NCBI GenBank assembly: GCA_030264375.1
Contig: JASCQW010000027.1
Location: 83,682,360-83,746,359, forward strand
Reading direction: 5' to 3'
Source of the DNA: Carcharhinus longimanus
Lineage: Eukaryota
Length of the DNA: 64,000 nucleotides
The notes below the pieces were generated by a model. That model searched no databases and was not told where the DNA came from. It saw only the letters and a program-made list of their open reading frames with translations. The position numbers and the translations under genes were made by a program. The number at the start of each line of letters is the position of its first letter. Positions within the stretch are counted from its first letter, which is position 1. This document shows positions 51,108-61,949 of the stretch, piece after piece.

Positions 51108-51422
51108 TGTGGGTTAGGTGGATTGATCATGCTAAATTGTCCCTTAATGTCCAAAGATGTGTGGGATAGGTGAATCAGTCATGCAAATTGACCCTTAGTT
51201 CCAAAGATGTGCAGGTGAGGTGGATTGGCCATGCTAAATTGCCCTTTAGTGTCCAATGAAGTGTAGATTAGGTGGATTGGCTATACTAAATTGGCCCTTA
51301 GTGTCATGGGGATTAGTTGGGTAAGTATGTGGGGTTACAGGTATAGGTCCACAGTGGGATTGTTGGCAGTGCAGGTTCGATGGGCTGAATGGCCTCTTTC
51401 TGCACTGGAGGGATTGTATGAC
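51108..51422 (+). mobile_element. HE1 SINE 3' part with about four tandem ~50-bp internal units
   Basis: Repeated gttaggtggattggccatgctaaattgcccttagtgtccaaagatgtg-like unit. Confidence 0.85.
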
Positions 51423-51599
51423 TTTCTCCATAATGTCTACTCATTGTGATTAGAAATTTTGTTTTCAACACACTGTCCTTTGGTTGATCAGGTGGTCGCA
51501 GGTCACCCCTTGTTTTTGCTGTTCTGCGTCAGCTCTAAATTTGGCAATGCCTCGATTTTAACACTCTCATCCTTTCAACATTTTCAATCCAACTATCTC

Positions 51600-52245
51600 C
51601 TGCTGAAATGACCATCGCTTAACTCTCACCATCGACATCCGGGGAAGGTCCCCATTCACCAGAAACTGAACTGGACCCACCATATACATACTGTGATTGT
51701 AAGGGCAGAGACTGGGAATCCTGTGGCGAGTAACTCACCTCCTGATACCCCAAAGCCTGTCCACCACCTACAAGGTGTAGCTTCGCAGGGTATTAGAATA
51801 TTTTCTACTTGCCTGGATGAGTGCGCCTCTAACACTCAAGAAATTTAAACACTGGGATAAAGCAGTTTGCTTGACTGGTACCTTATCCATCAACACAGAC
51901 ATTCGCTTCCTCCACTTCCGATGCAAAATGGCAGCTGTGAATCCTATATACTTTCTAACTTACCATGGCCCCTTCCAAACCCACAGCCTCTACCACCGAG
52001 GACAACGGCAGCAGATCAATGGGAAGATTGCCACCTTCAAAGCCACACACCAACCTGACTTGGAATGTAATCGCTAATCCTTCAATTGTGGGATCAAAAT
52101 CTGGTTCACCCTTCCCATCAGCGTTGTGGATGTCCCTGCAACAGATGGACAGCAGCGGTTCAAGAAGACAGCTCACCACCCGGGTCTCAGGGGTAATTAA
52201 AAATGGGCAGCAAATGCTGGCCACACCAGTGATATCCTACAAGAG
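51600..52245 (+). mobile_element. L2/Crack-like LINE 3' part
   Basis: MSAPLTLKKFKHWDKAVCLTG and the family 3' tail. Confidence 0.8.
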
Positions 52246-52680
52246 AATTCCCTAACCCTCCTTCTCCCAGATCTTAGTGATCTCCTTCAATGTTACAACC
52301 CTTTATTGTCCCCCAATGCAGCCTCTGAGCATCACAGAAACCCTACTGTGCAAAAAGAAGCCATTTGGCCCATTGAGCCTGCACCAACAACAATCCCACC
52401 CAGGTCCTTTCCCTATAACCATACCTACCCCTGACACTAAGGGGCAATTTAACATGTCCAATCCAACCTACCTGCACATCTTTGGTTAGGTAGATTGGCC
52501 ACACAAAATTGAACATCTCCAACCTTTATTGTCTCATTAATGGCTGTTGTGCCTTCAGCTGACATTGCCGAAGCTCTGGAATTCCATCCATAAACTTCTC
52601 TGCTACTCCAATTGACTCCCTCCTTCAAGATACTCCTGGAGCAAGCTCTTGTTTGCCTGTTCGAGCACCTCCATATACAA
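52245..52680 (+). mobile_element. Old L2 LINE fragment with an HE1 fragment (52330-52510, minus) inside
   Basis: gtgccttcagctgacattgccgaagctctggaattccatcc resembles RAFSxxxPKLWNSLP. Confidence 0.55.
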
Positions 52681-52689
52681 TCAAGATTG

Positions 52690-53325
52690 AAAATGGTCGA
52701 GAGTTTTAGGTGTCCAGATCACCAACAACCTGTCCTGGTCCCTTCACTATAATTAAGAAAGTCCACCAATGCCTCTACTTTCTTCGAAGGCAAAGGGAAT
52801 TTGGCATATCTGCTACAAATCTCAACAACCTTTACAGATGCACCATAGAAAGCATTCTTTCTGGTTGTATCACAGCTTGGTATGCCTCCTGCTCTGTCCA
52901 AGACCGCAAAAAACTACAAAGGGTCGTGAATGAAGCCCAGTCCATCACTCAAAACCAGCCTCCCATCCATTGACTGTGTTTTCATTTCCCGCTGCCTCAG
53001 AAAAACAGCCAGCATAATTAAGGATCCGCCCACCCTGAACACACTCTCTTCCACCTTCTTACATCGGAAAAAGATTCAAGAGTCTGAGATCACATACAAC
53101 TGACTCAAGAACAGGTTTTTCCCTGCTGCCATCAGACTTTTGAATGGACCTACCTCGCATTAAGTTGATCTTTCTCTACACCCTAGCTATGACTATAACA
53201 CTACATTCTGCACTCTCTCCTCTCCTTCTCTATGAACGGTATGTTTTGTCTGTATAGCGCGCAAGAAACAATACTTCTCACTGTTTGTTAATACATGTGA
53301 CAATAATAAATCAAATCAAAATCAA
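52690..53325 (+). mobile_element. Rex1/Babar LINE 3' part
   Basis: KKVHQCLYFLRRQREFG...LYRCTIESILSGCITAWYASCSVQDRKKLQRVV; tail gtgacaataataaatcaaatcaaa. Confidence 0.9.
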
Positions 53326-54147
53326 TGCTTCTCCTTAGCCATGTTCTGTTTGTTTGTTATCACCTTAATAAGGCCATTGACAACATCTCGCTTCTTCTCT
53401 TGTTGCCTTCACTCCACATTCCAATTTTATCCATTTGTTTTCTTCCTCTTCTGTTTTTATCCTCAATTTCTCCTTCACTTGTTACTAGGGCAACTTGTTG
53501 TTGGGTCTTTGTTTCTAATATCTGTTTTTGGCTGTCTGTCTAGCTGGACTTAGAGGCCCTTCTGAGCCCTGAACACTTAACTTTTGATCTAACCCATCCA
53601 TTTGTCTTTCTGTCCACTTAGAACATCCTTTGCCAAGCCCCGTGCATTGTCAACCGCCTGGTTTTTAATGGACAGTTTTCACTGTGTTTAGAGGATGCAG
53701 TGTCTGTAATATGAAGTTGTAGTTAGTTACAGGACAAATCTTCCCCGACTTCCTGTGGGTGTGAGGTTGTCTTGGCTAAATTTAGCCCCCGATTGAAGAG
53801 ATATTCTCCACAGGCTTCCTGTCCGGCTTGGCACTGCCGGCTGGAAAGGACAACCACTTTTTTTGCAAAGTAATATCAGAGGGCGAGAGTAAACTCAATC
53901 CGTAGCCACAGGATATCAAACATCCTGACTGCAGGGGCCCCCGGTCTGACCTCAGCCCAAGGTTAAACTTTTTGAATTTCTGTGCTATTAAATGACATGA
54001 ANNNNNNNNNNNNNNNNNNNNNNNNNNNNNNNNNNNNNNNNNNNNNNNNNNNNNNNNNNNNNNNNNNNNNNNNNNNNNNNNNNNNNNNNNNNNNNNNNNN
54101 NGAGAGAGTGACAAAACTCTACTTTTTGTTAATGAGGGAGAATTGTA

Positions 54148-54360
54148 TTTATTGGAACAGCTCCTTCATCAGGTGAGTCAACAATCTTTGCATAGCATCA
54201 CTTATATGGACTGGGGTAGGTACAGTAAGAAATCTCACCTTATGAAGGAGCAGTGCTCTGAAAGCTCGTGGTTCCAAATAAACCTGTTGGACTTTAACCT
54301 GGTGTTATGAGACTTCTTACTGTGTCCACCCTAGTCCAATGCCAGCATCTCCACATCATG
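54148..54360. mobile_element. Penelope family 3 termini in inverted arrangement
   Basis: Arm 54206-54238 is the reverse complement of 54305-54340; an inverted partial hammerhead lies at 54148-54180. Confidence 0.7.
54236..54270 (+). ncRNA. Near-intact minimal hammerhead ribozyme (one core mutation)
   Basis: cac CTTATGA a ggagc agt gctct GAAA gc TC gtg. Helix I cac/gtg, helix II ggagc/gctct, palindromic AGCT; the CUGAUGA box has G>U. Confidence 0.65.
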
Positions 54361-54657
54361 TTTATTTAGTGTCACATGTAGGCTTATATTAACGCTGCAA
54401 TGAAGTCACTGTGAAAATCCCCCAGTTGCCACACCCCGGCGCCTGTTCAGGTACACTGAGGGAGAATTTATCATGGCCAATGCACCTACCAGCACGTCTT
54501 TCAGACTGTGGCAGGAAACCGGAGCACCCGGAGGAAACCCACGCACACACGGGGAGAACGTGCAGATTCCATGCACACAGTGGCCCAAGCCGGGAATCGA
54601 ACCCGGGTCCCTGGCACTGTGAGATAGCAGTACTAAGCACTGTGCCACCGTGCCGCC
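54361..54657 (-). mobile_element. V-SINE variant B
   Basis: Full-length copy, CpG-rich (young). Confidence 0.9.
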
Positions 54658-54674
54658 CGCATGCTGAGTGTCAC

Positions 54675-55095
54675 CTGGAGTTCAGTTGGTAGCAGTTTCG
54701 CCTCCGAGTCAAGACATTGAGGGTTAATGTCCCACTCCAGGAATTATGCATAAGAATCTGGGCTGACGCCATAGTACTACAGTGATGGAGTACTGAAGGA
54801 GTGCTGCACTGTCAAAGCTGCTGCCTTTCCCATGAGCTGTTAAACTAAGGCCCTGCCTGGTGCTGGTAAAAGATCGATAACACTCTTCCAAAGAAGAACA
54901 GGAGAGTTATTCCAGTTAAGTAGTCAGTGTTCAGCTCTTAATCCACATCCCAAAAACAAATCATCTGGTCATTATCACATTTTTGTACAAATTACCCACA
55001 TTTCACAACAGTGGCAATGCTCTTCACTGGCTGTAAAGCAATTTTGGGACATCCAGAGGCTATGAAGGGCGCTATGTAAATGCAGCACTTCCTTC
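54675..55095 (+). mobile_element. Deu-domain tRNA SINE (SacSINE1/AmnSINE-like)
   Basis: tcagttggtagcagtttcgcctccgagtca...gtactgaaggagtgctgcactgtc...ctgtaaagcaattttgggac...gggcgctatgtaaatgca. Confidence 0.8.
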
Positions 55096-55096
55096 C

Positions 55097-55845
55097 ATAG
55101 AACATAGAACAGTACAGCACAGTATAGGCCCTTATGTCCAAACCCAAGATCAACCTATCCCACTCCCTATCATTCTGGTGTGCTCCATGTGCCTGTCCAA
55201 TAATCGCTTGAAAGTTCCTAAAGTGTCCGACTCCACTATCGCAGCAGGCAGCGCATTCCACACCCCAACCACTCAGAATCTACCTTGGACATCCCTCGTA
55301 TATCCCCCACCATGAACCTTATAGTTATGCCACCTAGTAACAGCTACATCCACCCAAGAAAATAGTCTCTGAACGTCCTCTTTATCTATCCCCCTCATCA
55401 TCTTATAAACCTCTATTAAGTCGCCTCTCATCCTCCACCGCTCTAAAGAGAAAAGCCTCAGCTCCCTCAACCTTTCCTCATAAGACCTCCCTCCAAACTA
55501 GGCAGCATCCTGGTAAATTTCCTCTGCACTTTCTCCAATGCTTCCACATCCTTCTTATAGTGAGGTGACCAGAACTGCACACAATATTCCAAATGTTGTC
55601 TCACCAAGGTCCGATATAGTTGCAGCATAACCCCACAGCTCTTAAACTCAAACTCCCTGTTAATAAACGCTAACACATACATAATCCTTCTTCACAGCTC
55701 TATCCACTTGAGTGGCAACCTTCTGAGATCTGTGGATATGAACCCGAAGATCTCTCTATTCCTCCACATTCCTCAGAACCCCGCTGTTGACCCTGTAATC
55801 CACATTCAAGTTTGTCCTACCAAAATGAATCACCTTTGCACTTAT
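55097..55845 (-). mobile_element. CR1 LINE 3' part
   Basis: LYRTLVRQHLEYCVQFWSPHYKKDVEALEKVQRKFTRM and LFSLERWRMRGDLIEVYK. Confidence 0.92.
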
Positions 55846-56033
55846 GGTCCATTTGGCCTAATCAATGCATGCTAGTAAAAATCCTTCTCAAAGAAACAGG
55901 AATTGGACACTCAACCCCTTTAACCAGCTTACCATTCATTAAAAGGGGCTTAGCTTTCTGAGAAAATGGCCAGAATTCTCTGGCCTCACATGCCTCACTG
56001 TCAGTGAGAATGCAGAATTTGGCGCTCAGCCAA

Positions 56034-56243
56034 ATCTGTGTCTGCGTGGGTTTCCTCCGGGTGCTCTGGTTTCCTCCCACAGTCCAAAGATGTTAGGGTT
56101 CATTGGCCATGTTAAATTGGCCCTATTGTCAGTGGGATTAGCAGGGTAAATGAGGGTTATGGGAAAAGGGCTGCATGGGGTTGTGGTCAGTACAGACTCA
56201 ATGGACTGAATGGCCTGCTGTACTGTAGGGATTCTATGATTCT
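56034..56243 (+). mobile_element. HE1 SINE, 5'-truncated
   Basis: V-domain and tail. Confidence 0.85.
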
Positions 56244-56726
56244 CTGACTCCAACCCTTGCAGTGGGACAGGAGAATCTCAACTGTGGGCAAGGTTGGAAA
56301 GTTCCCACCAATGTTTCATTCTTTTTGCTCTCCTGACACTTCTGCCGTAAAATCCCACCCATGAAGAGTGGGCCAATTGACTTTTGGCTGCTTTCCAAAT
56401 TTCCTGGCCGCAGCGATGCCTGCCGCTGGAGGAACCTGGATTTTTTGACCAAAGTCTCAGCTTTTTTCCTGAGGGAGTTACCAACTCAGACGTGTGTACA
56501 TGTACTCTATCTTTGTGTGGCACTGCTGCCAATGTCTCAAATTCTTAACAAATGAACCTAAATATTTCTGGTTTCAACTGATCCTTTACACATGGTTATT
56601 GTCTCCATGATCAGCTACAAGGAGACAAGAAACATAACACGTGGGGGCAGTTAGTTAGCAGGCATGGTGGTGCTGCCAATTTAAATGTGCCCCCACCTGC
56701 CATTCCACTCTGGACCCTCGTCCCCA

Positions 56727-56728
<2 letters not shown>

Positions 56729-56796
<68 letters not shown>
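56729..56796. repeat. (CA)n microsatellite
   Basis: Direct read. Confidence 0.95.
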
Positions 56797-56797
<1 letters not shown>

Positions 56798-57080
56798 AAG
56801 AGGGCCGAAATATTCAGTCCAATTTGTCTGAAACCATCACTGATGTGATAAAACTCTGAATTACAGATGTATCCTTCATAATTGTCACTACTAAAAGGCA
56901 TTTTATTTGCCCTGTGTAATTATTTTTAAAGCTTAAAAACACACAGCAGCAACTTGCACGATGGAGCTCCTATTCCTCTGCTGTACTTTTGCCAGGTTTG
57001 TTGGAAACCCAGTGAATTGGTATTGATATGCATTTTTGCCATTCTCACACTGCAGTTACAGTGTAATATCAGAAACCACT

Positions 57081-57299
57081 AAGATAAAGGCAAAATTCCA
57101 CGGATGTTGGAATCTGAAACAAAAACAGAAAATGCTGGAAAATCTCAGCAGGGCTGACAGCTTCTGTGGAGAGAGAATACAACCAATGTTTCTCCATCAG
57201 ACCTGACAAAGGATCATCCAGACTTGAAACATTGGCTCAATTCTCTTTCCACTGAGGTTGACAGACCTGCTGAGATTTTCCAGCATTTTCTATTTTTCA
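57081..57299. mobile_element. Palindromic Penelope family 1 derivative with central hammerhead relic and 13-bp TSD
   Basis: 72-nt inverted arms 57121-57192 / 57226-57297; flanks atcagaaaccact (57068-57080) and atcagcaaccact (57300-57312). Confidence 0.8.
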
Positions 57300-57394
57300 A
57301 TCAGCAACCACTGTTCGAATATTTATTCTACTCATTAATGTTAATGAGGAATTGCTCAACTATGTATACAAATGGAAGCATTTAAACAAGAGGG

Positions 57395-57680
57395 GATGGT
57401 AATGTAGTGGTAGTGTTGCTGCCCTACCAATCCAGAGGCCCAGGCTAATGGTTCAAATTCTAATATGAAGGCAGGTGATCAATAAATTTATAATATAAAG
57501 CTCATTTTTGGTATAAACCAAAAACTACCATTGTAAATATCCATCTGACTAATGTCATTTAGGGAAGGAAATCTGCCATCCTTACTTGGTCTGGCCTACA
57601 TCTGACTCTAGATCCACAGCAATGTGGTTGACTCTTAAAGATAATTAAGGATGGGCAACAAATGCTGGCTTTGCTGGCGA
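57395..57680 (+). mobile_element. tRNA SINE with L2/Crack-like tail
   Basis: gggaaggaaatctgccatccttacttggtctggcctacatctgactc...aattaaggatgggcaacaaatgctggc. A variant-B tail fragment follows at 57690-57750. Confidence 0.75.
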
Positions 57681-59635
57681 CACACAAGGTAAACTTTATT
57701 TATTAGTCACAATTGGCTTACGTTAACACCCCAATGAAATTACTGTGAAAAATGTCACATCCAACAAAAGAATAATAAAAATAATACTAAAGGAAAAGAA
57801 TTACTTTAAAACCCATTCCACAAGGCCTGTACCACAAATCATCACCTATTGCCCAATTGATGAATTCAGTGCTAAATTTGAGCCATAAAGCAGGAAGGCT
57901 AACTAAGGTCTCCAGTTTGTGCTGAAATATGAGTTGAAGTAGCAATTGTTAAATATCAGTTACCATTCCTTCTTGGTTAGTCCTTTTCTTGAAAGAGCAC
58001 ACATGTAGGTTTAGAGGTTGGCTAATAGTATCCCACAATTGAAGGATAGCTAAAAATATCATCAATCAAGTAATCTGCTGTCACCCAAGTGTCTAGGTTC
58101 ACAATGCAAATTGAAATGAAATCCATGGAGATAACCCGTCAGCAGAGTGGTTGAAATCAGGATGACAAAGTGACAACTGAATAACCCTTCAGAAAAACCC
58201 ACCTGCTGGAGATCGGCCTATAAATATTTGTTTACTATTGACAACTGGACAAATTTTTTTTTAAACTACCATCCAATCATCAAAATCAATCAGTTGGCAG
58301 AAGTCTGACTCACTCCTCACTCTGTCGTTAATGGAAATCGACCTTTCCTGAGTGTCGCTTAGGGGATCAGTCCTCAATTGGCATCAAAAATCCAACACTT
58401 TGTTCTTATTTATCATTGCAATTGCAACCATTTCTAATCTTGTGAAACTATTTTTAAAGAATGATTATGTGTTGCATTTTTAATGTCCTTTCAATTTGTT
58501 TCTCTGATGAATATTAATATGAGAAATCATATGGGCAGGAGGGATTTTGAAGCTGAAATGCAGAGGGTGAATTATCTGACATGGTCACTATAGCTGGTGC
58601 AGCATTTTCTGAGGTCATTAACCATTTCTAGTTTGTTCCCAGGATAAATTAGATTTGTCTGTACAAACTCGCTGTCAGCTGGTGCCAGAATTACTTATTG
58701 GCTGCAAGTCTAATTCAAAGGGGCAGCTTTATTGATGTGGTGAAGGAAGCATGACTGGTAAACACTCTTATTTTCAAAGGGAACTCTGCAAGTGCTGATG
58801 GAAGAATGCAGCCTTAAAGCAGGGCTGTGCATTGTCTTTTGCACCTTAAAATAATACAGCAATCTGTACGGAAGGGTCTCTCATTATTAAAGTGAGCATT
58901 GTGCAAAAACTGCTTACTGGGAATGTGAGTGTGAAGGTCAGAGCATTTGATTCACGGCCTGCACAATTTTCTGCCCATTAAATCATGCTGTCTATGAATC
59001 CAACGCTCTTGTGTCCGTGACTGAATCATGATATGTGCTTCCCATTGTGAGCTGCACAGCCTTTTATGATAAATCAGAAACGTTACCCCACGCAGTACTT
59101 TGCAGCTGTCAGGGTAAATGAGTTTCAAACATGAGGAGGACATGGAAGCAGATGATCAAAAAGTTTAACAGCTTCAGGAAGTCTGCCAATATTGCATTAT
59201 TAAGCAAAAAGGCAAATTATGCATGCTGCAAAGAGTTTCCTCTCGCCCAGTTGCACCTTGACTGATGCTAACCTCTTGAACAACAGCTCTTCCCAAGCCC
59301 TGCGTGCATAGGCCCATACTGTCGCAGGACACAATGCTTCCTCTTCAGTAGCAATGGTTACCACGTGATTATTTGAAAAAAAGAGCCCTGATTATATACA
59401 TTTGTTTTTTCACACACTGACAGAAGTGCATGTCAACATTTGACTGTCCCTCTATGTGTTTGGTTGCACCTCAAAACTACCTGTCTTCTTGCAGCACCGT
59501 CTCAACATTATTTTATTTGGCACAGTGCACATTACAGAATCCATGGTAGTTTGGCTACAGTTGGGGGCCAAAATTACAGACACATTTGGCCTTTGTGTTG
59601 TGCAAATGTGGAGAAGACTGCTAAGGATTTGAATG

Positions 59636-59942
59636 AAGTTTATCGGCCTTTTGGCTAAGATCAAGTGTAGTATTGACATGCTGTGCTTGGTTGAACTCAT
59701 TAGGTTACATTTTAGCTTCATTTGCAGCAATTTTTAAAAGCAGCATCTTGGCCTTTTGGATAAGATGCAAATGAGATGAAACTTTGGAGGAGGAGCTATG
59801 CCTACTCCAATCAGCTTGGATCATGTAGATCAAGCCCAAGACAGGAGGTGAGAGCTCTCTTTTCTCAGATTGGATTGGGAATGTCTCAACTTGTTGAATC
59901 TTTGAATTGGACGTGATTTAATTGAATTGGAATAAAAAAAAA
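59636..59942 (+). mobile_element. Candidate U2-headed, poly(A)-tailed SINE-like composite
   Basis: Two U2 heads, repeated gatcaag...gcttggatc stems, terminal aataaaaaaaaa. Confidence 0.5.
59643..59673 (+). pseudogene. RNU2: U2 snRNA 5' fragment (nt ~9-39), head of a composite element
   Basis: tcggccttttggctaagatcaagtgtagtat is identical to vertebrate U2, including the GTAGTA branch-point recognition sequence. A second degenerate copy lies at 59743-59766. Confidence 0.85.
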
Positions 59943-60289
59943 TGAGTGAAAAGGACACCTGGATAAATGTAGGGGCTGTTGTATGACTATCGCTAATAAA
60001 ATATTGAAAGATAACTCAGCAGGATTATAATGCATCATTATCATTTTGCTCTGTACAACCTTGGTCCCTTCTTCTGCTTGCTCCATGATTCTCAGCTGCT
60101 TCTGGTGGTGAAATTGTTAAACCTGTAAATAACCATTAAAATCACCATGGGATACAAATAGTATCAAGCTAAATTCAAACTGATAAATAGTTACATTCTT
60201 TATTTCGAGTCAAAGTCAGATTCAACTAGAATATAAGCCTCTTATTGCTGAAGACTTGAAATGTGAGGCAATTGTTTCTTTTGGGCGTC

Positions 60290-60398
60290 ATGGCAGAATT
60301 CTCTGACCTCGCTCACGGCTGGGATTATTCCGTCTTGCCGCCGTGAATGGAGATTTGGCAGCAATAGTGGGGCAAACAAGAGTGAAGAATTCTGGCCC
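60290..60398. mobile_element. MITE-like element, probably Harbinger-derived
   Basis: Imperfect TIRs ggcagaattct / agaattctggcc; similar termini at 55968, 61356 and 47780. Confidence 0.5.
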
Positions 60399-60417
60399 CT
60401 ATCACCAAAAACGTTAC

Positions 60418-60686
60418 CTGCCATTGTTGGATTTCTGAACCAGATTTTCTCCTGTGACACTTGGTGAGGTTAAAGAATGAGTTGGAATGGATGGAGTTTT
60501 ACATGGTGAAATTCTAAACTTCCCGCTAAGGTTAGTGAAATCCACAGGTGACTGTAATGGACGGAGAGAGATATTAATCTGACAAAGTGAGTGGGTTTGC
60601 CAGTGGCTGGCATCCCGCCATACCTCATCTTTTCTTTCGTGAAGAAGTTTCATGAAACTTTTAAAAGATGAATAAGTTCAGCTGAT
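60418..60686 (-). other. Candidate exon pair (60686-60624, 60551-60418) or single exon with 79-aa ORF
   Basis: Acceptors ctctccgtag and ctctccgtccattacag; donors GAG|gtatgg and CAG|gtaacg; frame SPVDFTNLSGKFRISPCKTPS...KSNNG is open. Confidence 0.35.
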
Positions 60687-60929
60687 CTACGGAGAGTAAT
60701 TTAGCTCATGATTTGTAATAGCACATAATCTGTGCTCACAAACTCTGCCCAGGTGACTAACTGCAGTACAGAACATTCTTCATCAATCATTAAGATAGAA
60801 ATACTGTGGAAATGTTTAAAACCTGAATTAGCAGTAATGTCAGTCCGATAATTTTTACTGATTTTGTTTCAATCTCATTCCATTTCAATTTGTTGCAATG
60901 AAGATGAAACACTTTGTTTTGTACCGTTC

Positions 60930-61350
60930 ATGATCCCAAGATATGCCAAAGTACTTTACTGCCAGTGAAGCATAGTCACTGTTGTAATGCAGGAAACAAT
61001 GCAACTAATTTGTACTCAGCAGGCTTCTGGAAATAGCAATGTGATTATGACCAGGTAATCTGTTTTGAGATATTGACTGAAGGATAGATATTGGCCAGGA
61101 CACCCTGCTCTTTGAAAAGTACCGTTGAACATTTTAGGTCCTTTTGAGAGAGCAGATGGGGCCTTGTTTAACATCCTCTCTGAAAAATGGCACTCTGATA
61201 GAGCAGTAGTTCTTCAATACTGCACTGGAGTACAGGAGTACTACACTCTTGATTTCAGTGCTGAAGTTCTGGAGTAGGATTTCAGTGCTGAAGTTCTGGA
61301 GTAGGGCATGAGCCCACAATTCTTTGTTTCAGAGACAAGTGTGCTTCCAA
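60930..61350 (-). mobile_element. Deu-domain SINE (SacSINE1-like)
   Basis: Reverse-complement homolog of 54675-55095. A second, older partial copy lies at ~61500-61760. Confidence 0.75.
61251..61304 (+). repeat. Perfect 27-bp tandem duplication
   Basis: gatttcagtgctgaagttctggagtag x2. Confidence 0.95.
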
Positions 61351-61949
61351 GACAGGGGGTGGGATTTTCTGGCCATGCTCCCCCAAGACTGGAAAATCCT
61401 GCCCGAGGTCAAAGGAACTCACAATGCCCACAATGATTCCTGTAGCCGGTGGGACGAGAAAACATTGCTCTGGGCCACAGTTTAATAACAACAATTTTAA
61501 TACAATATTTTGATCATTAATTTTTCCCATTACTTCATCTGAAATATGTGAAGATCTCCACTCTTCTTCAGATTATGCAATGAGGTCTTTTAACTGTAGT
61601 TGAAAAGACCAGATGTGGTCTCAGTTGAATGTCTCCTTCAAAAGATGGCACTTCTGACAATGCAGCCAGTGTTGAAGTGTTATCCTATATCATGTGTTCA
61701 ATCTCTGTAGTGATGCTTAAGGCTGTAACCGTCTGAAGTGTGCAACCACAAAGTCAGGTTAATAGTTGAAAGGGTAGATATGCACTCAGGACACACATGC
61801 TGTTCCTCAAGAGCTCACATCTGTAAAAGCAACCTTACAGGACGGGACTGTGGCACAATGGTTAGCACTGCTAAGTGATGATGCTGAACATAATTGCTCA
61901 TGAATAGTCTGAGGTTCAGGGTTTGATTATGTTAATTTGCTCCTGATGT

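Noticed and set aside
51108-51305. CRISPR-like repeat array
   Set aside because: Eukaryotic SINE tandem units without unique spacers or cas genes.
59643-59673. Functional U2 snRNA gene
   Set aside because: Only nt ~9-39 are present; no Sm site or 3' stem-loops, and no evident PSE or 3' box.
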